Source: a virus
Taxonomy: Duplodnaviria; Caudoviricetes
IMG/VR virus record: IMGVR_UViG_3300028805_000081
Span: 1-64,000 of that record
Length of the DNA: 64,000 bases
Reading direction: 5' to 3' (one strand)
The notes under the pieces: model-generated
What the model saw: the letters and a program-made list of their open reading frames with translations, nothing else
Databases searched by the model: none
What the model was told of the DNA's origin: nothing
Shown: piece by piece, positions 40,351-49,078 of the stretch
Layout of the letters: each line of letters opens with the position of its first letter
Position numbering within the stretch: the stretch's first letter is position 1
Made by a program: the position numbers and the translations under genes

Positions 40351-40847
40351 AGCTCTACATCATCAACTCCGTAAGAACGTGCGTATAAACGCCACGGTGA
40401 ATCGGTAAACATTTCATAAACACTATCCGGGATCTTAGTACCATAGAACATAACGTATGGATTTACAAAGTATGTGGTTACATTCTCTGTCGGATGTCTG
40501 TATCTGCCTATAACTTGTGCTTTTATCAGCTTCGTAAGAATGTTTTCCTGATGTCTTGTTGCACAATCAAGAGCAGAAAGGATTTCATTCTTTGTAGCAG
40601 CCGGGCTTCCCAGTCTGTTGAGAAGTACATTCTCATTCTTGCGCATAACCTTTATCAGACTGAACATAAGATAAATATCTGACTGGTTAAGCTTTTTAAG
40701 AAGATCCCTTAAACACCATGTTGATACATGAATGTATGCGTACTGGAATGGCTGATCAACAATTGGCGTATCAGGCAGTTTCGGCTTCGGTATGTGAAGT
40801 TCATACTTACGTTTCTTTCCGATATCCGGACGTAAAAAGTTTGGCAT
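40347..40847 (-). CDS. RepL-like winged-helix protein
   Basis: ILTKLIKAQVI...YFVNPYVMFYG pattern of RepL-type HTH proteins. Confidence 0.55.
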   Translation of the reverse strand: MPNFLRPDIGKKRKYELHIPKPKLPDTPIVDQPFQYAYIHVSTWCLRDLLKKLNQSDIYLMFSLIKVMRKNENVLLNRLGSPAATKNEILSALDCATRHQENILTKLIKAQVIGRYRHPTENVTTYFVNPYVMFYGTKIPDSVYEMFTDSPWRLYARSYGVDDVEL

Positions 40848-40884
40848 ATTCTCACTTCCTTATAGAACTTTGATTACTAATAAT

Positions 40885-40913
40885 ATTATAGCAAGTATAT
40901 TTAAGAATGTCAA
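40885..40913 (-). promoter_or_regulatory. sigma-A-type promoter flanked by two operator-like 15-mers
   Basis: TTGACA-17-TATAAT with extended TG; motif copies at 40863-40877 and 40922-40936. Confidence 0.8.
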
Positions 40914-40942
40914 GTGAATTGTAGAAATTTGTTTACACGGAT

Positions 40943-42220
40943 TTATACTTTATCAAGAAATGACTCCGTTACATCCACTTTATCTGTTTTATCTTCAGAT
41001 GAAATCTCCCCAGTATTCAGCCAGTTTATCAAAAGATTTCTCATTCTTTTACTCGGTATATATATCTTTATAGGCTTTCCATCACGTATAGCTGAACGCC
41101 ATATCCATTGAAGCATCTCAGACAATGCATACATATCCTGATCAATAGGTATCTCATTTAAAACAAAGAAGTTTGCAGTTACAGGATTAACATATCTGTT
41201 GCACAGATAGGCGAGTACAGTTCTGTCCTTATAGTCATTAGATGCCCGCATATTCATTGATATGTAGGACTTTGTATATCCTTTGCCTTGTATTTTAGTT
41301 TTATAGTCCTTAAATGTAGTCCATAAAGTATCTTGACTCTTAGATTTTACGATATTGATAAACCAGTTTGTAGTATTATTCTTCAACTCTTTAAGCAAAC
41401 TGTTCCGAGTTGCTTTCTTGTACCATGCTACTGACAACGCTGTTTCAGGATCACCGATTCGATTAATCCTTTCATTATCACATATCCGAATCAGAGTCTT
41501 ATCAATCGTTTGTGGTTTATAATTGTCATCACGTTTTTTAATTATATATTTTCCGTTCTCATAAGTAGCATAGTACCACTTATAATTAACTCCATGAAAA
41601 TCATAATACCATTTCTGAATCTGCCCATCAAACAAATATGTAAGAATGAATACTTCTTTGAATGATACAAATGATTTGATAGGGAATAGCCAAATAACTA
41701 CATTTCCATTATACTCAACTACGCTGCCAATATCACATAGTCTTTTAAGATCTGAAAATCTCCCGGCATAATCAGGCTTATCCCACACAACAAAATGGTT
41801 TTCATCAATATGAGCGTACTTTGATATATTAAGAATATCATCAATATCATCCTTAGTAATGTTATACGGCTCGACTACATCAGTTACTTCATCGAGAATA
41901 AGGATGTATTCGTTATACCTTATCAGCTCAAATACTTCATCATCAAATAAGTGAAACAAGGCGTGAGTGCTTATAATGTTTTCCTTGTTACTAAGAAGAT
42001 GTTTAATTCCGTTTATCTTGCTTCCGTCCATAGCGACCGGACTTTTAAAGTTCCTGTCAGAACACTTTTCTTTGATCCTGTCTACTTCAGATAGGTATGG
42101 TGTGATAAACATAAACTTCTGTTCTTTGCTGGCATTGTTGATTGAATTAATCATTGCTGTAGTCTTTCCTGAACCCATAATGGAGTCAACTACATTAACT
42201 GTCATCTGTTTTCCTGTCAT
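40943..42220 (-). CDS. SF2 helicase-like protein (SPbeta YonV-like; possibly origin-binding)
   Basis: DSIMGSGKTT Walker A, FITPYLSE, LILDEV Walker B, LQWIWRSAIR motif VI. Confidence 0.75.
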   Translation of the reverse strand: MTGKQMTVNVVDSIMGSGKTTAMINSINNASKEQKFMFITPYLSEVDRIKEKCSDRNFKSPVAMDGSKINGIKHLLSNKENIISTHALFHLFDDEVFELIRYNEYILILDEVTDVVEPYNITKDDIDDILNISKYAHIDENHFVVWDKPDYAGRFSDLKRLCDIGSVVEYNGNVVIWLFPIKSFVSFKEVFILTYLFDGQIQKWYYDFHGVNYKWYYATYENGKYIIKKRDDNYKPQTIDKTLIRICDNERINRIGDPETALSVAWYKKATRNSLLKELKNNTTNWFINIVKSKSQDTLWTTFKDYKTKIQGKGYTKSYISMNMRASNDYKDRTVLAYLCNRYVNPVTANFFVLNEIPIDQDMYALSEMLQWIWRSAIRDGKPIKIYIPSKRMRNLLINWLNTGEISSEDKTDKVDVTESFLDKV

Positions 42221-42615
42221 ATCTCTTGTTCCTTTACTTGTTAAATATTTTTACATTTTTTTGTTCGATTCTTCGCAACTCGCCCACCGAACAGGTGGGT
42301 GGAAATTTGGCTGAGAAAAAATTATAACTTCAAAAGTTATAAAATCAATTTTAAACCACGTATCTACGTTGATTGATGGGTATAGGTCTTAAAGGAGAAA
42401 TTGCAAGATTTAAAGGGTAAAAAATGTGTTTTTAAAGAATATGGTAATAATTGGTAAAAATTAAGGTTTACATAATGTTAAATAAAATACACTGTAAAAA
42501 CACGACTTTCCTTTAAATTTTCCTATTTCTAAGTGCTTTTTAAAAGTGCCTCTAACCCTATAGCTACGTGGATAGAAGCCTATTTTTAAAAAATTGTCCT
42601 TATAAAGTAATCAAA

Positions 42616-42891
42616 TTATAATATCATCAAATAAACTCCATAATCATCTTCAATACGATGCTTTAACTCGGATTTCAGCCTTTTAACATCCGCTGCCGAA
42701 TAAGTTGTTTTCGCACCATTTATAGCGTATTCAAAGTGTTCCCGGTATCTGTTGTAACCGAAGGTGATAAGAATCTTTACAAGATAGTCGTAATAGGTTT
42801 GTATTGACTTCTCAGTTAATTGTTTTTTAGTAGACATAACAATACTCCTTTCGAGTTTCAGTAAAGTATTCGTATAAAGAAGTTTATACAA
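42616..42891 (-). CDS. hypothetical protein
   Basis: Probable start MSTKK behind AAGGAG; has its own promoter. Confidence 0.55.
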   Translation of the reverse strand: MYKLLYTNTLLKLERSIVMSTKKQLTEKSIQTYYDYLVKILITFGYNRYREHFEYAINGAKTTYSAADVKRLKSELKHRIEDDYGVYLMIL

Positions 42892-42914
42892 TACAATTAG
42901 GGTTGTATATTTTT

Positions 42915-42943
42915 ATCATAGCATATACATGCAATAATGTCAA
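42915..42943 (-). promoter_or_regulatory. sigma-A-type promoter
   Basis: TTGACA-17-TATGAT; operator-like site at 42952-42966. Confidence 0.7.
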
Positions 42944-43038
42944 CATAACTTTAGAAAATTGTTCACTTGATAACCTAAGAAATTTCGGTAACCTAAATTC
43001 GCAGAACAGAGAAAAGAAAAGAAAATCCTTTCTTTTTA

Positions 43039-43066
43039 AGTCCCCCTTTAGGGGGATTTAGGGGGT
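43039..43066 (+). repeat. G/C-run palindromic element, copy 1
   Basis: AGTCCCCCTTTAGGGGGATTTAGGGGGT; inverted copy at 46039-46072. Confidence 0.8.
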
Positions 43067-43082
43067 ATACAACGTAAAAGCC

Positions 43083-43130
43083 TTGACATTGTTATGCTGA
43101 TGTGGTATCATGTTAGTAAACATAGTTCTA
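43083..43130 (+). promoter_or_regulatory. sigma-A-type promoter plus operator-like 15-mer
   Basis: TTGACA-17-TATCAT; GTAAACATAGTTCTA at 43116-43130. Confidence 0.75.
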
Positions 43131-43165
43131 ACTATACACAAGAACATTGAAAAAAGGAGATATAT

Positions 43166-44263
43166 ATGAACGTTTATTACAGATTAGCCGGTGTATATTA
43201 CATTAAAAACAATATCAACGGCAAGATTTATATCGGTGAGTCAACAGATATTCCGTCAAGATGGAGATCACATATAATTGATTTAAGGAATGGGGAACAT
43301 GATAATACTGCCCTTCAGGATGATTATCTTAAATATGGGTATAATAATTTCAGTTTTGGCATTTTAGAGTATATTATAATTCCCGATGGAATGAAACCAA
43401 ATCAACATATCGTTGATTATATAAAGGTTGAAATGGTTTTATTAATGCGAGAATTTTATTATCAGAATTTATATGATAAAACGCAGACTTACAATGTTGA
43501 GTTTACACTTAGAAAAGTATATCAAACAAATGTTTTCCCTAATATTCCATCAAGCTTTCTAATTTCAGATCTTAATTGTTATGATTATCATAAAGAAATT
43601 GGTAACAATAAAAGCTTGTTTACTACTGAAAATGCTGCAATATTAATATATAATTATTTTATGTCCAAAGATCTTCTTCCGATTAAACCAAATTGCAGTC
43701 GACCTATAGAAACAGAAAATTTAAATTCTAATAAAGTACAATACAAACCTAAAAAAGCAGAAGTGCCTGATACTCTCCCGGATTTCATCAGGTTCATCAA
43801 ACCTTACAATCCATCGGATATGTTGTTTTATAAATTCCAGTTTGACGAAATAAATAAATCCCTAAATGAAAATGACGAATCAAATATACCATATTACTCT
43901 TGTTCAGTCATTTACTATTATCTTGTCGTTAATAAATATTTAGCAGTAGCAGATGGTGCCCCTAAATATATTCCTACAGATAAGTCTTTTAATGAGGATT
44001 TATTTTATTTATCGGCAACTTCAACAGATAAGAATTTTAAATTATATATTACCGGTAAAGGCAAGCAGTTTATGGATAATATTGTTTCTAATATAGAGGA
44101 ATGGATTAAAGAAATCCCGACATTTATTGAATATAATCCGAAGATTAGTAATAACATAATTAAAGCAGATTGTGATTTCTTGGATTATAACGTTATACAA
44201 ATGATACCATACAGTAAACTTAAATTTTTTTCTGAAGTCGAGGAGAAATTAAAATCATCTTAA
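43166..44263 (+). CDS. free-standing GIY-YIG endonuclease with C-terminal KilA-C/ANT-like domain
   Basis: GVYYIKNNINGKIYIGES...RW..H...L...H.N..LQ; C-terminal PTDK...LF...LYITGKGKQF. Confidence 0.8.
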   Translation: MNVYYRLAGVYYIKNNINGKIYIGESTDIPSRWRSHIIDLRNGEHDNTALQDDYLKYGYNNFSFGILEYIIIPDGMKPNQHIVDYIKVEMVLLMREFYYQNLYDKTQTYNVEFTLRKVYQTNVFPNIPSSFLISDLNCYDYHKEIGNNKSLFTTENAAILIYNYFMSKDLLPIKPNCSRPIETENLNSNKVQYKPKKAEVPDTLPDFIRFIKPYNPSDMLFYKFQFDEINKSLNENDESNIPYYSCSVIYYYLVVNKYLAVADGAPKYIPTDKSFNEDLFYLSATSTDKNFKLYITGKGKQFMDNIVSNIEEWIKEIPTFIEYNPKISNNIIKADCDFLDYNVIQMIPYSKLKFFSEVEEKLKSS

Positions 44264-44322
44264 TTATCATCTCCTTCTGCATCCTTCATCAAATTTAGGA
44301 CTTATATACTTTTTCATTTTCA

Positions 44323-44571
44323 TCACTTCTTTTCGGGCTTCTTCGGATTCGGGCAGTATTCAGGATCAAACTGCACAAAGCAGTCATCGCATGTGCAGTT
44401 ATCATCATTGTGACTGCACTCTTTACACTTTATGCGTTCCATGCCGAAGTCTGAAGGATCGAGATCCCATCTGTCACAGGCTGCTTCCAGTGCAGCGTTC
44501 GGACAATGGGAAGAACAATTCCCGTTAATAAAGTTTTCACATTTACCGTTAGTAGGTACTTTTCTTTTCAT
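44323..44571 (-). CDS. Cys-rich hypothetical protein
   Basis: 82 aa with multiple Cys pairs; ATGA-coupled. Confidence 0.55.
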   Translation of the reverse strand: MKRKVPTNGKCENFINGNCSSHCPNAALEAACDRWDLDPSDFGMERIKCKECSHNDDNCTCDDCFVQFDPEYCPNPKKPEKK

Positions 44572-44945
44572 TCTATTACTCCTTCACACCATCTTTGATA
44601 AGCTCTGTCACGCTGTTCCGATGCAACTTTCCATTCGTCACTTTCAAAACCGGCTTTTGTAAGTGCGTAGCCGTTAATCGGAGGACTTGCATCACAAACC
44701 AGTTCTGTGTATTCACCATAACTTTCAATTGCCGGGTGTCCCTGAGAAGTATATTCTATAAGTCCATCTGCTATGAGTTCTTTCAGTGCTTTTCTCATAC
44801 GATATTTTGTGACTTCAGATTCCCATTCCAATAACCATGATATTGGGATAACTGCCCGGTCAGGTGCGTAACATGATTCATATATATCAAGTTCAGCCTG
44901 TATGATATGCGTTAATATCCGGTTTTTTACAAATTCTGTTGTCAT
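44568..44945 (-). CDS. putative winged-helix protein
   Basis: TKYRMRKALKELIADGLIE...GYALTKAG. Confidence 0.55.
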   Translation of the reverse strand: MTTEFVKNRILTHIIQAELDIYESCYAPDRAVIPISWLLEWESEVTKYRMRKALKELIADGLIEYTSQGHPAIESYGEYTELVCDASPPINGYALTKAGFESDEWKVASEQRDRAYQRWCEGVIE

Positions 44946-44966
44946 TTGATCACTCCGCTTTCTCGT

Positions 44967-45314
44967 TTATTCATGTTTTATCTCACATTCATCCGGGTTA
45001 AGTCCTTCAGCCGTGCAGAGTAATAATTTTTCAGCTTCTAACCATTGTATTTCATCATCACCTGACTTAAACCAGCCTGATTGATATTTCTTGTTGTTTC
45101 TTATAGCATAAGCACCGGCACGCATTGCAAGTTTTAACGGTTCTTTTATTTCTATAAGCTTTCCAGGTGATTTGTCTGACACATTGCAGGCGTATTCCCG
45201 AGTATATTTTTTACTAATATATTCAAGCCCTTCTATGAGTCCTAAAGTGTTGTTTTCCTCAGTCATTTTCATTCTCCTTATCTTCTGCGCTTTCCCACTT
45301 TCTACACACGTCAA
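44967..45314 (-). CDS. hypothetical protein
   Basis: Probable start MKMTEENN behind AAGGAG. Confidence 0.5.
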   Translation of the reverse strand: MTCVESGKAQKIRRMKMTEENNTLGLIEGLEYISKKYTREYACNVSDKSPGKLIEIKEPLKLAMRAGAYAIRNNKKYQSGWFKSGDDEIQWLEAEKLLLCTAEGLNPDECEIKHE

Positions 45315-45450
45315 TGTGGGCGTGAAGTGAATACTTGATGCAATTCTTTGATTTGACTCTCTTTATGCTTTTCAGACAAATAATAGGCAGCACATATCTT
45401 GTGTCAATCTTTCCGTATTTGCAATTAGCACAACACTTTTCTGTTTTCAT
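45259..45450 (-). CDS. small Cys-rich protein
   Basis: CCANCKY...C...VCRKWE; AAGGAG RBS. Confidence 0.55.
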   Translation of the reverse strand: MKTEKCCANCKYGKIDTRYVLPIICLKSIKRVKSKNCIKYSLHAHIDVCRKWESAEDKENEND

Positions 45451-45648
45451 TTTTCATTCTCCTTCATTATTTCAAATAACTTCTTTTCCTCATTTTCTGT
45501 GTTCCAGTCGCAAGGGATAGAACGCCAATCCTTTTCAATACTACATCTTTTCTTTAAAACACAAAATTCACACTCACGATCATGACAGTAGTTTGATTGT
45601 TTCAAGTGCTGCTAAAACAGCCATAATTCTTTTAACTTCGTATTCCAT
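45447..45648 (-). pseudogene. frameshifted small Cys-rich gene (or sequencing error)
   Basis: MEYEVKRIMAVLAALETIK stops early; an alternate frame continues NYCHDRECEFCVL...IPCDW...ENEK to a stop overlapping the next ATG. Confidence 0.5.
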
Positions 45649-45718
45649 TAAGATCATCCTTTCAAATAGATTACATAGTACCATTAGTATTCGAGAACTA
45701 TGATTACATGTATATACA

Positions 45719-45934
45719 GAAAACTCCCAACCAGTTACAGCCGGGAGCAATCTGCGATTTATCTGCTTTACCTTAAAGAGTAGGGATATAAAGAAGATAT
45801 TCTTTTTAGGAATAAAAGAAACTAAGCTGGGTAACTAATTTCTTTTTGAGGATTTCGTAGAACTGATAAAGAAATACCAAAAGCTTGGCAGCTTTAATAC
45901 CAAGGATCATCAGCTCTGTTTATCTTTAAGGTAT
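45719..45934 (-). ncRNA. candidate structured small RNA (~215 nt)
   Basis: Own promoter; 11-bp 5'/3' closing stem UACCUUAAAGA/UCUUUAAGGUA starting at the predicted +1; internal stems; terminator CUCCCGGCUG...UUGGGAG-UUUU. Confidence 0.55.
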
Positions 45935-45940
45935 GTTTAT

Positions 45941-45969
45941 ATTATAGCAGTTAGTTGTCTGCTTGTCAA
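45941..45969 (-). promoter_or_regulatory. sigma-A-type promoter
   Basis: TTGACA-17-TATAAT with extended TG. Confidence 0.8.
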
Positions 45970-46038
45970 CATAATTATGAAAATAATTTCAGAGTAGTTG
46001 GAAATGGTAATTAAGATCTGAGAAGTAATACCTGTTTA

Positions 46039-46072
46039 ACCCCCTAAATCCCCCTAAAAAATTAGGGGGACT
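46039..46072 (-). repeat. G/C-run palindromic element, copy 2 (inverted)
   Basis: Reverse complement is AGTCCCCCTAATTTTTTAGGGGGATTTAGGGGGT. Confidence 0.8.
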
Positions 46073-47842
46073 AAGAGATAAGATTTTTTTGTTTGAGTTT
46101 CGTTTTTATTAAGGTCTGTAAAACACATAGGTTTGTAGAGAAGTGTAGAAATATTATTTTTGTGTAAACAGTATCCCTACCGGGTAAAATATATGCCCCT
46201 TATCAGGGATAATACCGGGGATATTATTCATATATGTTCAAAAATATCTTCGTATATATTTCATATATACTCAGAAAATATATTTCACATATACTACGTA
46301 TATGTTCAAGAATCAAGGTGTATTAGTCGGTATAGTACACATATATTACGGTCTGAAATAGGGCGGAATTTAGCAAAACAGTGAATGTGGAATGTTTGTA
46401 GGAGATGTTAGATTGGCGTATTTTGGTGTTGCTAGGGTGGAGAGGGGAGTGAGAAAGGAGATATTTTATGGTAAAACATACAGAAAAAAATGACTATTAG
46501 TCATAAATAATTGACCGTTGGTCAGTAAAATAAATCAGAAAATATTTGTCAGTATAGGTGAGATAAATTACGACCGGCAGGGCGTTACCAGTAGGCGAGT
46601 CAGGCTTTTAGGAGAGTGGCAGTAGGAATCTGACCGACAGGGCAGTGAGAATGGATTTTTGAGCGATGAGATGTGTGGGTAACATATATGATCGTTTTAG
46701 TTTATAAGTATACGTTTTGATGTAAATATAGCCCACCAAAAAGATTTCTAAGTCTAATTACATGTATAATTAGACATAGAGCGAGGCGGCTGCCGGGGTT
46801 GCAAGCTCCGGACTGTAGACGGGTACAATTGGCGGTTATCAGGTCGAAAAAATGCGGTTTTTGGGGTTGCTCCGTCAATGTCAGCACCTGATTTTTGCAA
46901 CCTCACACACATTTCCCGTCAAAATCCCGGCTATTTCCCGCCTTCCGTCCCGGCTGACTCCGCCTAATATGCCTTATATAGTCCCGCCTATAACAGAAAA
47001 TAGCCGATTGCAAGCCGATTTCAGCAGAATTGCAAGTGCATTCATACTAATTGCAACCCGTCAAGCGTGACTATGCAAACCGATAATAACAGAATATCAG
47101 CAGAATATAACTGCTTTTCAGCAGAAAGCCCCGGCTATAATAGCAGAATACACACAATATTTTCTCGTTTCCCGCTGTCGGTGCGCTTGTTCAGGTGGCC
47201 GGCTGTTCTTTCAGGTGGTCAACCCGTCGCTGTCTGTCGTGATCAATAGCAGATTAAGAAGTATAACCGACTATTTCAGCAGAACAAAACACTGATATAT
47301 AAGAAGTAGTCAAGCTGTTTCGGTGCTTTCCCGCTGTCGCTGCTCCTGATTCGGCTTTGCCGGTGTTACTGAAAACAAAACACTAATAAACCGGCTAACA
47401 TTAAGAAGTAAACACACATAAAACAGTAATATCATAACAGTAAACCGGTAACACTAACAGAATAGCAGCTACACACAAAGAGAACTGCATACTATAAGAA
47501 GTACACACACACAAAGAAGCATAACCCTGTTCGAGGCTGCCGCTTGTTCGGCTGTTTGTCGGCTTTCGGCTTTGCCGTTGGCCGGCTCTGTTCCGGTGGT
47601 TGCTCCTGTTGCCGTGTCCATGTGTTACGCCTTCGCCCTGTTGGGTGTTGTCTTCCGGTACGGGTGCATGATGTCCGGGCGTTATGCGTTCGGCTTGCCG
47701 TGTGTCTTGCGCTGTGGTCTATGTGTCGCTGCTTCTCGGTTGCTGTGCTGTGTTGTGTATGTTGTGCCGTGTGTGGTTCTTTAAGATCTTACCGCACAAA
47801 GAATATAACTATATACAGATAGCCGGTATTAATCAGAATGCA

Positions 47843-47921
47843 AGCAAGCTATAATAAGCAATAGCAAGCTATAATAAGCAATAGCAAGCTATAATAAGCA
47901 ATAGCAAGCTATAATAAGCAA
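47843..47921. repeat. tandem repeat, 20 bp x ~4
   Basis: Unit AGCAAGCTATAATAAGCAAT. Confidence 0.95.
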
Positions 47922-48443
47922 GCCGAAAACATAAACCGGATTACTGGAACGAAAACAGAAAATTAATATACCTGGCTAAAGTATCAACCCGGAAAATTCC
48001 CGGCTATAAACGGAAAATATAAAACGGCTGTTTGTGCCGGCTCTCTGTGGCTCTGTGGGCGTTCTGTGTGGCCTCTGAATAGCTTCTATCATTCAGAATA
48101 TACAGATATATTATAAATGCTTTGCTGTTGCTCTGTGCGGTCTGTGGTGACGTTTCTGAGTGAATACAGATAAACTATCTATAAGGATAATAAACCGGTT
48201 TGTATGCCGTTTGTATTGCCGTCTGTGGTGCGTTCTGTGCCGTGTCTGAGATAGATATATATAACTTGTCCCGGTTTTTGCTTGTGGTGTCCTGTCGGGC
48301 GTGCTGGTGCGGTTGCTGTCGGTGCTGGTTTAAGATCTCGCCCGGAAAACAAATATAAAACCATACGGATATAAAAAAATAGAGTATACACAATAATAAT
48401 AACTGTGCATACTCTTTAATATTAATATTAAATTGTATCAGGA

Positions 48444-48641
48444 TTAAAGATATATAACCGGGTTCGGCTGGTATCGTTTGCAAATATCGGTCGGCTTTAC
48501 TCCGTCACTGTAACAACTATTTTTATATCCCTGATATAACAAGCAAGTTTTACAAGTCGGTTTCTGTTCGTGGATCTCTGCCCGGTGTGTGGTCTGTGAT
48601 TCTGTGGTTGTCTGTGGCTTAGTGTTTGTGTTCTCGTTCAT
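48444..48641 (-). CDS. small hypothetical protein
   Basis: AAGGAG RBS; CKTC...C...C motif. Confidence 0.55.
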   Translation of the reverse strand: MNENTNTKPQTTTESQTTHRAEIHEQKPTCKTCLLYQGYKNSCYSDGVKPTDICKRYQPNPVIYL

Positions 48642-48655
48642 GGCTTCTTCGCTCC

Positions 48656-48970
48656 TTATTCAATAACAATAAATTGTTCGGGTTTCCAATAACCTATCAT
48701 TGAGTTAGTATTAATATAATAACGTGGTTCTGTCCCGTTTCCTGTGTCAGTTTGCGGTCTATATTCATAGTTTATTTTTATATACCGCTTATTGTCTACC
48801 ATGTCCTTATATAATATATCAGGGTTCAGCTTGTCCGGGTGGGCTTTTAAAAGGTCTTGAAATATCGGTTGTGATATGAATTTATCAGCTATTGCCTTTG
48901 TAAATCTTTTGGTGCTGGCTGGTACTACATAGAAACGATTTTTTAAAAATATTGCATAACCTGTTATCAT
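48656..48970 (-). CDS. hypothetical early protein
   Basis: AAAGGAG RBS. Confidence 0.65.
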   Translation of the reverse strand: MITGYAIFLKNRFYVVPASTKRFTKAIADKFISQPIFQDLLKAHPDKLNPDILYKDMVDNKRYIKINYEYRPQTDTGNGTEPRYYINTNSMIGYWKPEQFIVIE

Positions 48971-49078
48971 GGTTTTAACTCCTTTCGGTTATGCCCGGAA
49001 CAAATACAAATCATTCCGGGCGTGGTTCGTGGGTTTATGGGTTCATTCTTCCTCGCTTGCTGGCGTTCTTGCGGTATT

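Noticed and set aside
42465-42492. Complete dif site
   Set aside because: Only the XerD-like arm matches; kept as a note within a finding, not as a feature.
579-45520. Numerous short plus-strand ORFs antisense to the structural and middle genes
   Set aside because: Shadow ORFs of well-supported minus-strand genes; only 43166..44263 has a promoter, RBS and domain support.
45850-45915. Hammerhead ribozyme (CUGAUGA ... CGAAA on the minus strand)
   Set aside because: Stem II would close with U/C rather than R-Y, and CUGAUGA is better explained as part of an 11-bp helix; stems I and III could not be built.
46468-46500. Micro-ORF MVKHTEKNDY behind a strong AAGGAG
   Set aside because: Only 10 codons with no other support.
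47843-47921. CRISPR array
   Set aside because: Perfect tandem units without spacers and no cas genes. The GGAAAAATC repeats are also too short and too closely spaced.
46702-48483. ORFs in the 46.7-48.4 kb region (e.g. 47544..47822, 47572..47784, 48175..48483)
   Set aside because: Low-complexity translations caused by G/T-rich tracts; no RBS.
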